From a virus, in the IMG/VR virus record IMGVR_UViG_3300024346_000011: 64,000 nucleotides of DNA; one strand, 5' to 3'. The position numbers and the translations under genes are program-made. Under the pieces are notes generated by a model that was given only the letters and a program-made list of their open reading frames with translations, was not told the DNA's origin and ran no database searches. Positions 18,677-31,337 of the stretch are shown here, in pieces; position 1 is the first letter of the stretch; each line of letters begins with the position of its first letter.

Positions 18677-19486
18677 TTAAAATCTTAACCATTTTGGTGA
18701 ATAGATCATTCCAATTCCAATTGAAGGTCCAAAACTAACAACCTGTTGGTTATTTAAATTGATGCCATATCCAACTCCTAATCCAATTGACCAACCACTT
18801 TTCTTAACTGTTGATCTATTTAATTTGTCATTCACAATATTAATATTCTCAATATTTGTAAATGTTAAATTTGGGTAAGGAGAACTGATCTTTAGTTGAT
18901 CTTTTCCATCAACATTTAAAATAGCCATTGTTAAACTAACACCTTGATCCATTTCAAATATTGATCTTTTTACCAAAAATAGAGAATCTTGAGGGTACAA
19001 AACTAATTGACCTTTAAAGTTTCTCCAATTATATTTATCCCACTCTTTATTATCAGCTAAATCAATAATTATACTATCATTATTATATGTAACCATTGAA
19101 GCTGCAATAATAGAATCTTTAATTTCTAATTGCGCTGAAATAAGGTTATTAACCTGCTTAAACTTTTCATTTAATTTTAAAGCATCATTATATTTCTTTA
19201 ACAATTTAGAATTAGAAGTTTTCAAAGATTCAATATCATATTGATATGAAGAAATTGAAGCAACAAGATCTCCATTGATATTTTTTTCTAATTTAATACT
19301 ATCTTGAGAAGCTAAATAATTATTAAAATTACGGTTAGCGACCTGTTCTGCATCTGCAACATCTTGCTTTAAATTTTCAATACGATTACATTGATTCAAT
19401 AGTAATAAAACAAGAATAATACCAAGAGCAAAACCTATCACTCCTCTATTATTCTTATCTAATATGTAGTCTAAAAACTTTTTCAT
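18677..19486 (-). CDS. membrane-anchored coiled-coil protein, putative spanin-like
   Basis: N-terminal TM (VIGFALGIILVLLLL), coiled coil, C-terminal Gly/aromatic beta-hairpin ending in Phe. Confidence 0.5.
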   Translation of the reverse strand: MKKFLDYILDKNNRGVIGFALGIILVLLLLNQCNRIENLKQDVADAEQVANRNFNNYLASQDSIKLEKNINGDLVASISSYQYDIESLKTSNSKLLKKYNDALKLNEKFKQVNNLISAQLEIKDSIIAASMVTYNNDSIIIDLADNKEWDKYNWRNFKGQLVLYPQDSLFLVKRSIFEMDQGVSLTMAILNVDGKDQLKISSPYPNLTFTNIENINIVNDKLNRSTVKKSGWSIGLGVGYGINLNNQQVVSFGPSIGIGMIYSPKWLRF

Positions 19487-19492
19487 AATTTA

Positions 19493-21736
19493 TTATATCC
19501 AATCAGTATAATCGTGGTCGTTACCACCAGTATTTGATGTATTATTAAGTTCTGCAATTACAACCTTTACGTGTAACCAGTTGTATGATTGAGAAGGTGA
19601 ACTTAAAATAGATGATTTAGAATTTGCTGTTTGTGCAGTTCCCCATGCTAAATATTGTCCTGGGTTTGCTATTGTATTAAAATATGGCTCTTGAGTTGAA
19701 TTACTGAAAGCATAGAATACATGATATCTCATTGTAGTACTATTAAATCCAGTACCTGTCCATTGTGCTGATGCATCTACTTGTGTAGTCCACGGATCAG
19801 TACCGTAAGGAATACCGCTAACATAAGTCATTGTAACTGCAGTAGAACTTAAATCTAATTGAAGATTACATGTAAATGAAACAGAGAAATATGTAGAAGT
19901 TCTAGCAAATGAATCAACCCATAAATTAGCTGTCCACGTTTTATTGCTATTAGTAAATACGCCATTATTTAATGTGTATCCTGTTGGTGCAACCACTGGG
20001 TTTGTAGTTTTAAATGTTTTACCAGTTGGCGCATTAAATACAACTTGACCTAAGTATGTTGATTCACCATTATTACCAGTTTTATCAGTAAGCTGAGATG
20101 GTGTAACAGTTGCACTATTGTTAATATTTAAAACGTATGTTGCTTTATTAAGAGCTAAATAACCAGCGGCTTGGAATCCAGTTGCATTATATGTAAATTG
20201 ATATGTATTACCATTAAATGTTTGGTCCATATACATATTTAATTTTTGACCATTCGATGGATTAATTGCAGGTGGTGGACCAGTACTAATATTTGGTTGT
20301 GATGTTCCATTTGGATCTGTAAATTGATTAGCAGCTGGTGCAATTGCCCAATAAAAATTATTAGGTGCGTTTAATTGAATTAAACCACTAGTTCCAGGTT
20401 CAATAGTACTCGATCCGTCATATCCACTAATTGTAAATGTTTGGGTTGTTGAAGAACTTGTTTCAACAAAATTATATGTATTTGTTACTAATGGGGTTTG
20501 ACCCGCCCCGGCGTCTGACCAATATAAATCAGATGCACCTAAATAGATAATTTGGGGTAATCTCTTAAGAACCAATGTAACACCAGAAGTACTCTGCTGT
20601 AAATAATCTGTAGTTGTAGTAACGTTACCGGTTACTGTATAAGATCCTGTTGAATATGTTGCTGTTAAATCAACATCAGCACCACCAATAATATGTAAAT
20701 TATCATTAGTTTGAACTGCATCTCCTTGACCAGAAGATGAATCGCTATTGTCTTCAATATCATAAGAGAATGAAGAAAGATCTGGAACCTCATAAGATTC
20801 TGTTCCATTAGTCCATTCTTGTCCATTACAAACATACCAACCTGCATAATCTCCAATACCTGCTCCAATTCTAACTTTTAATACTTCAGAACCTGAAGCA
20901 AGAGTAACTGTTTCAGTATTGATAAACATATTGTTATCTGTAAAAATTTCAGGTAACATTGAAATTATAGTTCCAATTGGAATAGCACTTCCAATTTCTT
21001 GGAAAGTTTTCCACTCAACCTCACCTGTAGTATCTTTAGCAACTGCAATTTTATCAGTGTCTGGGCTATTAGATTCAACTACTAATTTACCTTTAACCGT
21101 AAGATCTTCATTATAAATAGCATTAACTCTAACGTCTAATGCTAAATTATCTAAATCAAATAATGAACTACCATTTAAATCAGTAAAGCTAAATTTATCA
21201 GAATTGAATTTCATTAAATTGCCTAAACCAATCGAGTAATCCTTAAAATAAATGTCTAAATTACCAGTAGATTCAAGTTTAAAATGAACTTCTGTATTTA
21301 CAGAATCTGAAGATAATTTAAAGTTAGAAACTGGAGAACCAGAAGGTCTATTAATAACAAATTGTGATTCTAGATTAGCCAAACCAGCCTGATATTCAGG
21401 GGTTTGAGAACCAAAACCAATTAAAACGGCTGGTGGTAAATCACCAACTGTATGTGATGGGATCAAGGTATCAATTGTACCTGTTTGATCACCACCAACT
21501 AAAAACCAATATTCACCGCCTGGATCACCAACCGGTCCTTGAGTACCTTGAGTACCTTGAGTACCAATAACACCTTGAGGACCTTGTGTTCCTTGAAAAC
21601 CTTGTAGACCTGCAGTACCTTGAGGTCCTTGTGGTCCACCTCCATTCGCAACTAATTGGTCAAAATTATAATTAACTTTGTCCAATTTAATCTGATCTGA
21701 ATCAGCTACGAATATCTGTTTTAAGTTTAAGGCCAT
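19493..21736 (-). CDS. tail fibre with collagen-like repeats and tail-collar domain
   Basis: GxQ triplets [13 protein letters not shown]...; collar motif PIGTII...GWYVCNGQ...VPDL. Confidence 0.8.
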   Translation of the reverse strand: MALNLKQIFVADSDQIKLDKVNYNFDQLVANGGGPQGPQGTAGLQGFQGTQGPQGVIGTQGTQGTQGPVGDPGGEYWFLVGGDQTGTIDTLIPSHTVGDLPPAVLIGFGSQTPEYQAGLANLESQFVINRPSGSPVSNFKLSSDSVNTEVHFKLESTGNLDIYFKDYSIGLGNLMKFNSDKFSFTDLNGSSLFDLDNLALDVRVNAIYNEDLTVKGKLVVESNSPDTDKIAVAKDTTGEVEWKTFQEIGSAIPIGTIISMLPEIFTDNNMFINTETVTLASGSEVLKVRIGAGIGDYAGWYVCNGQEWTNGTESYEVPDLSSFSYDIEDNSDSSSGQGDAVQTNDNLHIIGGADVDLTATYSTGSYTVTGNVTTTTDYLQQSTSGVTLVLKRLPQIIYLGASDLYWSDAGAGQTPLVTNTYNFVETSSSTTQTFTISGYDGSSTIEPGTSGLIQLNAPNNFYWAIAPAANQFTDPNGTSQPNISTGPPPAINPSNGQKLNMYMDQTFNGNTYQFTYNATGFQAAGYLALNKATYVLNINNSATVTPSQLTDKTGNNGESTYLGQVVFNAPTGKTFKTTNPVVAPTGYTLNNGVFTNSNKTWTANLWVDSFARTSTYFSVSFTCNLQLDLSSTAVTMTYVSGIPYGTDPWTTQVDASAQWTGTGFNSTTMRYHVFYAFSNSTQEPYFNTIANPGQYLAWGTAQTANSKSSILSSPSQSYNWLHVKVVIAELNNTSNTGGNDHDYTDWI

Positions 21737-21771
21737 GATATATCTATTTTATCTATATATTTATTTTATTT

Positions 21772-23316
21772 TTATAACACTCCACCTTCACCTGTGCCTC
21801 CTCCAGTACTAGGAGCTGGACTTGGGGTTGGGCTCGGAGTCGGAGTTGGGCTAGGAGCCGGGCTCGGAGTCGGAGTTGGGCTCGGAGTTGGGCTAGGAGT
21901 TGGAGTTGGGCTAGGAGTTGGACTTGGACTCGGGCTAGTAATTGGAGTTTTATTAGCTGGAGTACTTCCAACTGGTGATGGTGATGGAGAACCCTGTGGT
22001 GAAAGACCAAGTTGAGATTCACCTGAATTACTCCATGTTAAATCATCAGCACCTAAATATACAATATGTACATTTCTAGATCTATAATAATCTGCACCAC
22101 TCGAAGATCCTTGATATAATAAGCTAACATTTACATCAGCGTCTGTTAAAGTTAAATAAGTATCATATTCATTATTACCACTATATAAACCATCTGTATG
22201 TACTTTAGCTCCAGTTAAAATAATAATATCATTGCTACCGCCAGAAACAGCTGCTTGGCCGTTACCATTGTTTGCATCAATTTGATATGTAAATGCATTT
22301 AAATTAGGAACTTCATAAGAAACTGACTCATTTTCCCAAGTCATACCATTACATAGATACCATCCAATAAAATTACCAGTTTCTTTACCTCTGCCATATT
22401 TAACATATAATTGTCCTTGGTTAGAAATAACTGAAGATAAAACCTCTCCTAAATAAAAATTGTCAGTATTAAAGAATGAAACAGGAATAGAAACAATACT
22501 ACCAATTGGCATATTATCAAAAACTTGTATCTTACTCTTCCACGAAACATTACCATTTGAATCGTCAGCCGCTAAAATATATCCCTGTTGTGCACCATTT
22601 TCATATTTAAGTTTGCCAACAACATTGACATCTTGGCGCATTGTTGAATCCACTTTAGATTCAAACACTGAATTGACGTCTAAATAATTTTCTAATTTAT
22701 TATAACTATTAAACTTGTATTCAGCCGCCTTTAAATTTAATTTTTGATCTGAATAAATCTCAAATATATCATCAACACCATCTGTATACAAATCTAATAT
22801 TGCTCGATTGTTATTATCACCATTTAATAATTCAATATTATTCCATTGTGAATCTGGAGTATAAAAGTTCAATACGGTATCTGCATAATCTAATGGCGCA
22901 TTTGATGTATCAACGATATCACCTGAATCTAATTCTTGATCAGCGTCCGTGTCTGTCCAATTTGTAATAGTATCTGAAAATACAACTCTAACAACGTCAA
23001 CCTCTAAAGCAGGATCACCATTATATTTTGGCATCAAATATCTGATAGCCGCTTGATCCACTTTTCGCCAAGGTTCAATACCTTCCACGCCAGCAGCACC
23101 TTGAGAACCTTGATATCCTTGAGGTCCATCGTATCCAATGTCGCCAGCTTCACCATTAGATCCATTAGATCCATATTTACCTAGAGGCCCCTGTGGCCCA
23201 CCGAGTGTTAGCAATCCAAAATTGTAATTGATCTTATCAATTTTATCTTGAGACCACCAGGCAGTGCTATTTGGATCTAGGTCAGATGTGAATATATGTT
23301 TGACATTAATATCCAT
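21772..23316 (-). CDS. paralogous tail fibre with collagen repeats, tail collar and C-terminal Pro-Ser/Thr repeat
   Basis: [10 protein letters not shown]-terminus shared with the neighbour; GXY repeats; PIGSIV...GWYLCNG...VPNL; (PS/PT)n tail. Confidence 0.8.
   Translation of the reverse strand: MDINVKHIFTSDLDPNSTAWWSQDKIDKINYNFGLLTLGGPQGPLGKYGSNGSNGEAGDIGYDGPQGYQGSQGAAGVEGIEPWRKVDQAAIRYLMPKYNGDPALEVDVVRVVFSDTITNWTDTDADQELDSGDIVDTSNAPLDYADTVLNFYTPDSQWNNIELLNGDNNNRAILDLYTDGVDDIFEIYSDQKLNLKAAEYKFNSYNKLENYLDVNSVFESKVDSTMRQDVNVVGKLKYENGAQQGYILAADDSNGNVSWKSKIQVFDNMPIGSIVSIPVSFFNTDNFYLGEVLSSVISNQGQLYVKYGRGKETGNFIGWYLCNGMTWENESVSYEVPNLNAFTYQIDANNGNGQAAVSGGSNDIIILTGAKVHTDGLYSGNNEYDTYLTLTDADVNVSLLYQGSSSGADYYRSRNVHIVYLGADDLTWSNSGESQLGLSPQGSPSPSPVGSTPANKTPITSPSPSPTPSPTPTPSPTPSPTPTPSPAPSPTPTPSPTPSPAPSTGGGTGEGGVL
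21806..21938 (-). repeat. imperfect 6-nt coding tandem repeat (Pro-Ser/Pro-Thr)
   Basis: Plus strand ggagtt/gggctc/gggcta/ggagtc units. Confidence 0.85.
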
Positions 23317-26300
23317 TATGCTTGAATTTTGACGTGCACTTTAAGTGTGTGACCGTACCCGTATTTTTTATTGTATGTTAGTCTGAAACTCAAACCATCA
23401 TTTTGATAACTTTGAATTTCATAATTTGTTTGTGATGTAAAACCACCGTCTGATAATAATTTTGGATCTACAATTGATTCAAAGCCAGAAATACCAGCCT
23501 TAAATTCAGTTCCATAAATCTCAATATTATCAATGATAAATCTTGTGACAACATTGTTGTAAACATAAATCTCTAAATCATCTAAAATGCTAGTTTTATC
23601 ATCGTAAGAATATTGAGCTTCAACATACTTTCTAAACTTAGAAGTAATTCCATCTTCTAATAATTCGTTATAAATTGATTTAGGTAGATAAAAATCTGCA
23701 ACAATTTGTGTGTCTGTTTCAATCCAATGGATTGATGTCTTATTTAGCTTATTAACTCTAATTGCATCTAATGCATTTATATCTTTTTCTAATGTTGCAT
23801 TAAATGCAGTAATGCTATAAGTATCTTTTACTTTCATAACTGTTGAAGCCATAAAAGATTTTATTTCAACTGGCGTTAATGTACCATACGCATCTTCTGT
23901 TTTGCCAGTTGGCAAAGATCTTGTAAAATAGTTTTGATTATATTTAGATCTTAAAATATTTAAGTCTTTTTTATCAATTGCAATTTCTCCAATCTTCGGA
24001 TATAATGGTAGTTTATCAGATGTGTCTGATAACTTTAATAAATTCTTTGAATTAATGTCGTTAACTTTATGGAAATAATAATTTTTAATATAACCAAAAG
24101 ATTGATTAATATGTTTATAAGAATTAAATGCTACACCTAAATTATTTAATCTTGAATAAATCAATGATTCTCTAGAATCCACTTCGATTTGAGTAGATCC
24201 AATTAATGGAATATTACGTTTATGATTTGTATAAACATCTGTAAATGTAATAATATTATTAAATAATGGAGTGTAATCTCCATTCATTCTTCTAATAATA
24301 GTGTAATATCCGTCATCAGTTCTTTTTGTTAAAATAGAACCAACACTCGATTGGGATAATTGATATGCCTTTGGCTTTTCTGGATCTGATGTAACATCTA
24401 ATAGCGACGGTTTAATTAATTCAACACCATCTTCAACTTCTAAAATAAATCTATTTTGAAGCTGTTCACCTGTTTCAGTAATTGTTAAATATTGAATTGA
24501 GCCAAATTGATTAAATCTATCCGCAAAATTATTAGCAACAATTTCTTCTAATAAGAATTTGAATCCACTGGCTCCACCTCTCCAATAATAGAATTGAGTT
24601 TGTCTTGAAACAACTGAAGGATCATCTAGTGTTTCTGGTCCAATTTCTTCTATCTTCTCATTATTAGAATCAAAGACTAGTTTAATTGGCTTTGAATTTA
24701 CTTGAATCTGACTATCTCCGGTGACATTAACAACCTTCATTCCATATGTGACTCCTTGATAATCAAAATAGATCCATGAATATTCGCCAAGTTCATTTCT
24801 ATTAATAAACTCTGTGAATCTACCAGGACCAAATGAGAATACATTGATAATTTCAGATTCCCATTGAGAATTTTCATTACCTAAAAATAGTTTAAAAGGA
24901 AGTGCAGTATCAATTATATTATTGGTAATAACATTTCTAATATTATTTGTAGTGTATAAATCTTCTCTATCAAGGAATGATCTAGAATTTAATACAACAT
25001 CTAAATCTATAACAATACAAATAAATTTGAATTTGTCGTTCTTAATGGTTGTATATCTAACTCCGTTTTCTGTAATTGCATCACCAGTATTATAATTTAA
25101 TACAACACCAAATTTATAATCATTAACCTCAGAAGTATTAATAAATTCTGTTGGATTAGGTCTAGCAAATTCTTTACGCTTTTTATATGAGTATCTTAAT
25201 CCTCTAAATACAGTAGAAGCTTCTAACTCATTAGAGCCTCCAATAAAATTAGAGAACATATTCTTTTCATTTGAATCAACCCAAGCTTGTGTAAATTGGT
25301 TATAAATACCGTTGTTCTTAAAGTATAATTCAAAGTAGTTTACATCAGTTGACTTTAATTGGTCTAAACTAATGCCTTGAGTATAATTAAAATCTGTATA
25401 AGACTGTAAATTATCTAAAGTGTTATTTGTATAATAATGAAGTGGAATCTGGTTTAAATGAAAATGTTCCATATTTAGAGCATTCGCATTTCTACCAGTA
25501 ATATGTGTTAAATCTGGCGAAATATTATCTTCGCCAAATGCCTCACTAATATTTAATGAGTATGGAAGATTTCTAGCATTGAATCCATTCTTTAATGCAA
25601 ACTTCATAATGGTTGGAACCATTCTAGAAAGCAATGCAGTTTCTTTTAATTCATTTTCATTTAATCTATCATACTCAGAGTTGATAGCTGAAACAGAAGT
25701 AGAATCATCAATACTTTCTTCAACTAAAACGTCATATAAATTATTAAAATATGTTGAACCACCCTCTGTTAAAGATAATTCACCAATATCTGACATTCTT
25801 GTTGAATAAAAATCAAAGTCAAAATCTTTTAAATCGTATGCACTAAATTTACCAATTGTTGGTTTATATCTAACCCAAGTCTGAATACTTGTATCATTAG
25901 AAGCTTTAATTGGTTTGTCAAAAATAATTCTAAATTTAGTATCATCTAAAAGATCGCTTGTAATATCTACAATTTTTACATACTTACTAAGATCTTTTGA
26001 CTTGATATAATCGCCAATTTGTAATTTACCTTTTTCTTCTAATGTTACAAACTTAGCACCTCCGACTTCAGAACCACCTCTAGTGGTATAAGTTACCCAT
26101 TGATTAAATTGATTTGATAGCGTAACCTCTCTAGCAATATCAAAACTTACAAAGTTAATAAAGTTTTGGCTATGCGGAGCAACAACCATTCTTTTGCGAT
26201 TATTTCCAGCCGCATAATCTTTAATTACTAATGTATTATCTTTTGAATACGTTTGGTAGAAAGTAATTGCGTTGTGTAAGGCTAAAGTAACATCAACCAA

Positions 26301-27653
26301 CGTTCCATTGGCAGAAAATCTTCTGCCATTAAAGGTACCTGCCACTAATGTTGTATCTGCAACAAACGTGAAATTATATAAATCATAATTAGCAGATTCA
26401 ATTTCAGTTAAATCACCAATTAATATTTTATCGTTATGATTAGGTTTTTCAACAATTTTTAATCTAACAAAACCATAAGTGTCTGGTGTTTCATTTAAAA
26501 CCTTAACAACATCATCCTTTTTATAATTTTGGTTAATATCATCTAGACTATCAAATGCAACTGGGATTGTTAAATATTCAAAATGTGTGTTATTTTTAAT
26601 ATGAAAATATTCACCACTACCAGACTTAAAATAATTAAGAGTTGGCAAGTTTAAATCAAAAGAACTAGGTAACATGTCTTGAGCATAGATACCATTGTCT
26701 AGTTCATATAAGCTTTCTATATTTTCTGGATTGATATAAACATATCCATTCTTTGAAATTGTAGCATCAATTCTTGCTTCTGGAATTTCATCAACATATA
26801 AACCAAAATATCTATAGATCTCATAGTTATCAGCACCTTTATCGTCAAATAAAAACTCTAAGTTAATAAGATTTGCGCTAACAATCTGATTTCTTTCAAA
26901 ACCTTGAGAAATCAATTGATTGAAAAATATTTCAGGATAATCAGTCTGAACCAATTGCTTAGTTAAAAATTCAGACTTAGAAGCAAAACCACCATTTTTA
27001 ATATCAATGCCTCTAAATTCTGTTTCCCCATTTAAATCAAAATTAACTTTTAATGGAGACACTGGCATTAATTTATCAAATGTATGCTTATGTAAATATC
27101 TACCAAGCTTACTCTGCTTGGTTAAATCAAACGTCTTAACAATAGTTGCATTCTTTAATAACTCTAGAATTCTATTGTTTTGGCCAGTTGTATTGTCAGC
27201 ATATTGTGTTGAGTAATCAGTATCTTTAACTCTATAAATTACAAATTTTTCAGGTACTTTTCTATCTAACCAAATTGGAGCTAAAATTTTATATTGCTCA
27301 TCATAAATTTTGTTAGAATTAAATGTAGCACCATAGTTATACTGATTTTCATATTGGAATGCATAATCAGAGTATGCATTTGTATCTGAGTATCTTCTTA
27401 ATACTTGATATGCATCTTGTGCTGAAACCTTATTAAAGAATTTTGCTAAATCAGTTGAGTAAGATCCCTCTTCGCTAAGTTCAAATTTTTGATAATTGGT
27501 TTGAGCCAAAAACTTATTAGCGGCAAATGCACTCAAGAATATACCACCATTTGAATCTGCAACTAACTTAACGTTTGCAGTTAACTTTGGATTAGTTCTT
27601 AAAAGTGAAAATGTCGTCTTATCGTTGCTGTTAAGATTGTAGTTTATAGCCAT
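23316..27653 (-). CDS. large virion structural (baseplate/tail) protein
   Basis: 1445 aa in the structural operon; no recognisable enzyme motif. Confidence 0.55.
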   Translation of the reverse strand: MAINYNLNSNDKTTFSLLRTNPKLTANVKLVADSNGGIFLSAFAANKFLAQTNYQKFELSEEGSYSTDLAKFFNKVSAQDAYQVLRRYSDTNAYSDYAFQYENQYNYGATFNSNKIYDEQYKILAPIWLDRKVPEKFVIYRVKDTDYSTQYADNTTGQNNRILELLKNATIVKTFDLTKQSKLGRYLHKHTFDKLMPVSPLKVNFDLNGETEFRGIDIKNGGFASKSEFLTKQLVQTDYPEIFFNQLISQGFERNQIVSANLINLEFLFDDKGADNYEIYRYFGLYVDEIPEARIDATISKNGYVYINPENIESLYELDNGIYAQDMLPSSFDLNLPTLNYFKSGSGEYFHIKNNTHFEYLTIPVAFDSLDDINQNYKKDDVVKVLNETPDTYGFVRLKIVEKPNHNDKILIGDLTEIESANYDLYNFTFVADTTLVAGTFNGRRFSANGTLVDVTLALHNAITFYQTYSKDNTLVIKDYAAGNNRKRMVVAPHSQNFINFVSFDIAREVTLSNQFNQWVTYTTRGGSEVGGAKFVTLEEKGKLQIGDYIKSKDLSKYVKIVDITSDLLDDTKFRIIFDKPIKASNDTSIQTWVRYKPTIGKFSAYDLKDFDFDFYSTRMSDIGELSLTEGGSTYFNNLYDVLVEESIDDSTSVSAINSEYDRLNENELKETALLSRMVPTIMKFALKNGFNARNLPYSLNISEAFGEDNISPDLTHITGRNANALNMEHFHLNQIPLHYYTNNTLDNLQSYTDFNYTQGISLDQLKSTDVNYFELYFKNNGIYNQFTQAWVDSNEKNMFSNFIGGSNELEASTVFRGLRYSYKKRKEFARPNPTEFINTSEVNDYKFGVVLNYNTGDAITENGVRYTTIKNDKFKFICIVIDLDVVLNSRSFLDREDLYTTNNIRNVITNNIIDTALPFKLFLGNENSQWESEIINVFSFGPGRFTEFINRNELGEYSWIYFDYQGVTYGMKVVNVTGDSQIQVNSKPIKLVFDSNNEKIEEIGPETLDDPSVVSRQTQFYYWRGGASGFKFLLEEIVANNFADRFNQFGSIQYLTITETGEQLQNRFILEVEDGVELIKPSLLDVTSDPEKPKAYQLSQSSVGSILTKRTDDGYYTIIRRMNGDYTPLFNNIITFTDVYTNHKRNIPLIGSTQIEVDSRESLIYSRLNNLGVAFNSYKHINQSFGYIKNYYFHKVNDINSKNLLKLSDTSDKLPLYPKIGEIAIDKKDLNILRSKYNQNYFTRSLPTGKTEDAYGTLTPVEIKSFMASTVMKVKDTYSITAFNATLEKDINALDAIRVNKLNKTSIHWIETDTQIVADFYLPKSIYNELLEDGITSKFRKYVEAQYSYDDKTSILDDLEIYVYNNVVTRFIIDNIEIYGTEFKAGISGFESIVDPKLLSDGGFTSQTNYEIQSYQNDGLSFRLTYNKKYGYGHTLKVHVKIQA

Positions 27654-27706
27654 TTACCAAACCTATTTTTACTCAAATTATATATCCCAGTAAAATAGCT
27701 GGTATA

Positions 27707-30700
27707 TTACAGCTGTTGCGATATAACCGGGTTAGAGAAATCTACTAGATCTGAAGCAAAATAACCACTACTACTTCCTCCACCACTGTTATAGTTTGAC
27801 AACATTGATGAGGTAATAGAATTGATATTTTTACCTGTTGGCTTATATTTAGCATAAACTTCAACGTCAAACTGGAATTCATTATTATTTGAATCAATAA
27901 TATCAATACCAATTTTCTTAGCATAAGTTAAATTAGAGAATGTATTTGACAGGATACCTCCAATTCTACCGGTTCCGGAATCACCCGCACCATAATAATC
28001 TGTCATTCTATATTGGAATACTAACTCGATTGCAATTGAATTCTTACTAGATCCTGGAATGATCTTTCTACCCCTCTTGTTTTTAGCATCCACCGATAAA
28101 GAATCTTTAGTGATTGGAGATAAGAATAAGAATGAACCACAAGAGTGACCACCTAATAAATATTGATCATTTGCATCAAAAGAAGTCTTCGCCGTAGTTC
28201 TCATACCTGGGTTTCCAGATTCATTTATAGTGTTACACAATCTAAATGCAGTTTGAGATAAACCATCAGTGTCAGTAGATCTTCTTACTGCCGTTTTAGG
28301 CATACCCGTTAAACCGTTTGCATTAATCTCTAACGCATTGAATTGTGAAGAATAAGGGTGATCGATGTGCAAGAACATACCGTTATCATAAGCGGCCGCA
28401 TTTGTTGCATTAATAGTAGAAATCTTTACTAAACCTGTTGGTTCGCCATCAGCACCACACCAAACAAAATCTACCTGTGGGTCTGCAGTAGCATCAGCAG
28501 AATAACCAACGTTTAAGACATCTACACCTGCAAAACTCTTTTCCCAAGTGTTTGTATCAAGAGATACTCCAGGCATTGGATAACTTAAACCATATTCAGT
28601 TACATCATATCCTGTTAATTCTGATGCGTGAATATCGCTAGTAACATATAATTGGCTATCATTTGATAGATTCTTAAATCTAGAATATGCAAATTGGCCT
28701 TTTAACTGCATTGACTGCTGTGGTGAAGGATTGAACCAATTATTTGTTGTATCGGTTGGATCCAAATTTTGATATACAACTGGAACTAAATCATAATTAC
28801 CTTCAGTTGTGTAATATGTGTTAGAAGAAACCTCAGAAGAAATCGAACCAGTTGCTAATCCAAACTTAGTTGTTGTTGATGAAGAAGGAGCTGGTAAATC
28901 AGTATCACCAATAATTCTTGCAATCAACTCTAAGTCAGTTGCTTTAGAGTTTGATAATTCGATCTTATAGTTTTTAGTAACAATGTGACCTTTATAATTT
29001 GTTGAAGGTAATTCATCGACATAGTAACCTGCAAATAATTTAACAGTTGTATTATTGGTTACTTTAGTTACGTTACCATCTTCGTCAATAATAACAATCT
29101 CAAGCTCACCAAGAGTACCTTCAATTTGTGCTTTTAATCTTTCAATCTCAGCTTGCATCTCAACAATCTTATCATATAATGAGATTGGAGTTTGAGAAGC
29201 TGTTAAGAAACCTGAAGCAATTGAAGAAGCAGTGTGTGCAAAATATTTATCGCCAGCTTCAAATTGATCTCCTAAGTGGTCATAAATACCTTCAGCTGTT
29301 AATTCTTCTTTTAATTGAACTTTAACGCTATCAATTTCATTAGAAGAAACTAATTCAATTACTGAATCTGTTGCTAATTCTCCGTCTGGGAATTGAACTC
29401 TTACGATATCAGACCATTCTGATTCAACTGGGTTTGCTGGAAAACCAGCCTCAGAGATTGATTTAACCATAATCTCTACAACTTCACCTGGTTGAATTGG
29501 TAAATCTAATGAATTAAAGTTTACTGCCTGTGCGTCTTCTTCAGACTCAGTAACCCATTTATATACGCCATCAACCAATTGTCTCTTTCTGACTGGGCCA
29601 CTAACCTCAATCCAGTTTGAGAATGCTGCAGTTTTTGAAGTACCATTTGTTGTATCTTCAAATTGAATCTGTTCAACTTGTGCAGTTTTACCACTAGTTG
29701 ATTGGTATCTATATCTAATCTTAAATTGTATAACCTCTTGTGAAACTTGATCACCGATTGTACGTGGTTCTGGAATTGACCAGAAACCTCTAATTCTAAA
29801 TTTAGGTGTAACTTTCTTTAAATCAGATGATTCAGCAGATGCTTTAATTTCAGTTACAATAGAAGAAAACAATTTAGATTGAGAATCTCTATCACCAATT
29901 AATGTTCTTAATTCAGCTTGTTGCTTCAAGAACTCAGTTTTAGATTTAAATTTCTTAGTGCTTAATAAACCCTTTTTCTCTTTAATAGATTCATCTAAAC
30001 CTTTAATTGTTTGTTCAGCTGAAATTTTATCACCCTTTAATTGCTTAACTTTTTGTACAGTCGTATTATCAGTTAAGTGCTTATTAACCTGAATAACTTT
30101 TAAATTATTAGCAACTAAAGCTGGAGCGGCTGGTTTAATACCAACGCTTGATGGCGGAATATAATCAACTCTTAGAGCCTTAATAAATTCACCAAAGTCT
30201 GCAACATTTTCTTTATAGTATTGTGCTAATGTAACTCTACCACCAACTGCATTTACAAGTTGTAATTCATTTGAATAAAAACCAATACCTGGAGAATACT
30301 CATCAGCTGGCATATTTGATACATGATCTATTGGCTTAACAAATATAACCTGTCTTTCGTTAAAACCAACATTGATTTCAATATCTAAATCTGTATCAAC
30401 ATCTTTATAAACTGCTAATTGAGCTTCACCAATATTAATTGGTTCAAAGCCCTCAATCAATTCTAATTCAACTTGTGATGTTGAATTATCAATTGATTTA
30501 ATAATGTATCTAGTTCTGTAAGCTCCAGAATTAACAATTAATGAATCATTAACTCTTAAAACCTCAGTATCTTTTAATGTTCTTGTAGAATCTGAATATG
30601 TTAATTTATTTAATGTAAATAATTTAACAGTTTTTGTTTGTGTAACACCATCAACAATAATATTTCTTTGTTGATTGTTAATCATAGTTACGTCAAATGA

Positions 30701-31336
30701 ACCATAGTATTGCATGGTTCTAATTGGCATATCAATAACGTTTGAATCAATATAATATTGAATATCGTTATCTGCTAAATATGATTTAAATTGAGCGTAA
30801 TTAATATCGCTCTGTGCTTTGTATCTATCGTCAAAAATATCAGCTGTCGCAGTAGCATCAGAATTAAAAATGTATCTTTCAACGTATACTCTTTCTGTTT
30901 CAATTGGAAGCTGACCGCTAACATCAAGACGAACAGTTAATAGAGGATTTAAGAAGTCCTCAAAAAATTCGTTTAATTTAGTGTTGAATTGAGAAGGGGA
31001 TGCTAATTTCTTAATTGAAGGAGCTGGCCCTTTTAATCTTGAGCTATAAATTCTTCTAAATGTACCATCCTTTAATCTAACGTTTGCAGAATTACCATCA
31101 ATTGCAGTAATTGATTTTACGTTAGCATCAAGTCTTTCAAGTTCACGTTTTAAATAACCAAACGCCGGGATTTGAACTGACTTTAATTGCTTAGTGTTTG
31201 GATCATAAAGATCTAAAGTCACAGTTTCTTTGTCCGTCGAAATAGCTTCGTTAATACGGTTGAAAGTTTCTAGAGAGTTTGTGTTTAACTCTAGAAACTG
31301 TTCCATTAGTTGTGAAATAGAATTCTGTGCGCTCAT
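27707..31336 (-). CDS. large virion structural protein with coiled-coil segments
   Basis: 1209 aa; context only. Confidence 0.55.
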   Translation of the reverse strand: MSAQNSISQLMEQFLELNTNSLETFNRINEAISTDKETVTLDLYDPNTKQLKSVQIPAFGYLKRELERLDANVKSITAIDGNSANVRLKDGTFRRIYSSRLKGPAPSIKKLASPSQFNTKLNEFFEDFLNPLLTVRLDVSGQLPIETERVYVERYIFNSDATATADIFDDRYKAQSDINYAQFKSYLADNDIQYYIDSNVIDMPIRTMQYYGSFDVTMINNQQRNIIVDGVTQTKTVKLFTLNKLTYSDSTRTLKDTEVLRVNDSLIVNSGAYRTRYIIKSIDNSTSQVELELIEGFEPINIGEAQLAVYKDVDTDLDIEINVGFNERQVIFVKPIDHVSNMPADEYSPGIGFYSNELQLVNAVGGRVTLAQYYKENVADFGEFIKALRVDYIPPSSVGIKPAAPALVANNLKVIQVNKHLTDNTTVQKVKQLKGDKISAEQTIKGLDESIKEKKGLLSTKKFKSKTEFLKQQAELRTLIGDRDSQSKLFSSIVTEIKASAESSDLKKVTPKFRIRGFWSIPEPRTIGDQVSQEVIQFKIRYRYQSTSGKTAQVEQIQFEDTTNGTSKTAAFSNWIEVSGPVRKRQLVDGVYKWVTESEEDAQAVNFNSLDLPIQPGEVVEIMVKSISEAGFPANPVESEWSDIVRVQFPDGELATDSVIELVSSNEIDSVKVQLKEELTAEGIYDHLGDQFEAGDKYFAHTASSIASGFLTASQTPISLYDKIVEMQAEIERLKAQIEGTLGELEIVIIDEDGNVTKVTNNTTVKLFAGYYVDELPSTNYKGHIVTKNYKIELSNSKATDLELIARIIGDTDLPAPSSSTTTKFGLATGSISSEVSSNTYYTTEGNYDLVPVVYQNLDPTDTTNNWFNPSPQQSMQLKGQFAYSRFKNLSNDSQLYVTSDIHASELTGYDVTEYGLSYPMPGVSLDTNTWEKSFAGVDVLNVGYSADATADPQVDFVWCGADGEPTGLVKISTINATNAAAYDNGMFLHIDHPYSSQFNALEINANGLTGMPKTAVRRSTDTDGLSQTAFRLCNTINESGNPGMRTTAKTSFDANDQYLLGGHSCGSFLFLSPITKDSLSVDAKNKRGRKIIPGSSKNSIAIELVFQYRMTDYYGAGDSGTGRIGGILSNTFSNLTYAKKIGIDIIDSNNNEFQFDVEVYAKYKPTGKNINSITSSMLSNYNSGGGSSSGYFASDLVDFSNPVISQQL

Positions 31337-31337
31337 A

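Noticed and set aside
18677-19486. MKKFLDY start resembling the capsid-targeting tag
   Set aside because: No Glu cleavage site follows and it leads straight into a TM helix; better read as a signal-anchor n-region.
21753-22022. Overlapping ORFs 21753-22022 (-) and 21794-22015 (+) with LAQL/GVGLG repeats; possible frameshift extension of the fibre
   Set aside because: They are alternative readings of the Pro-Ser/Thr repeat; neither joins the downstream fibre frame.
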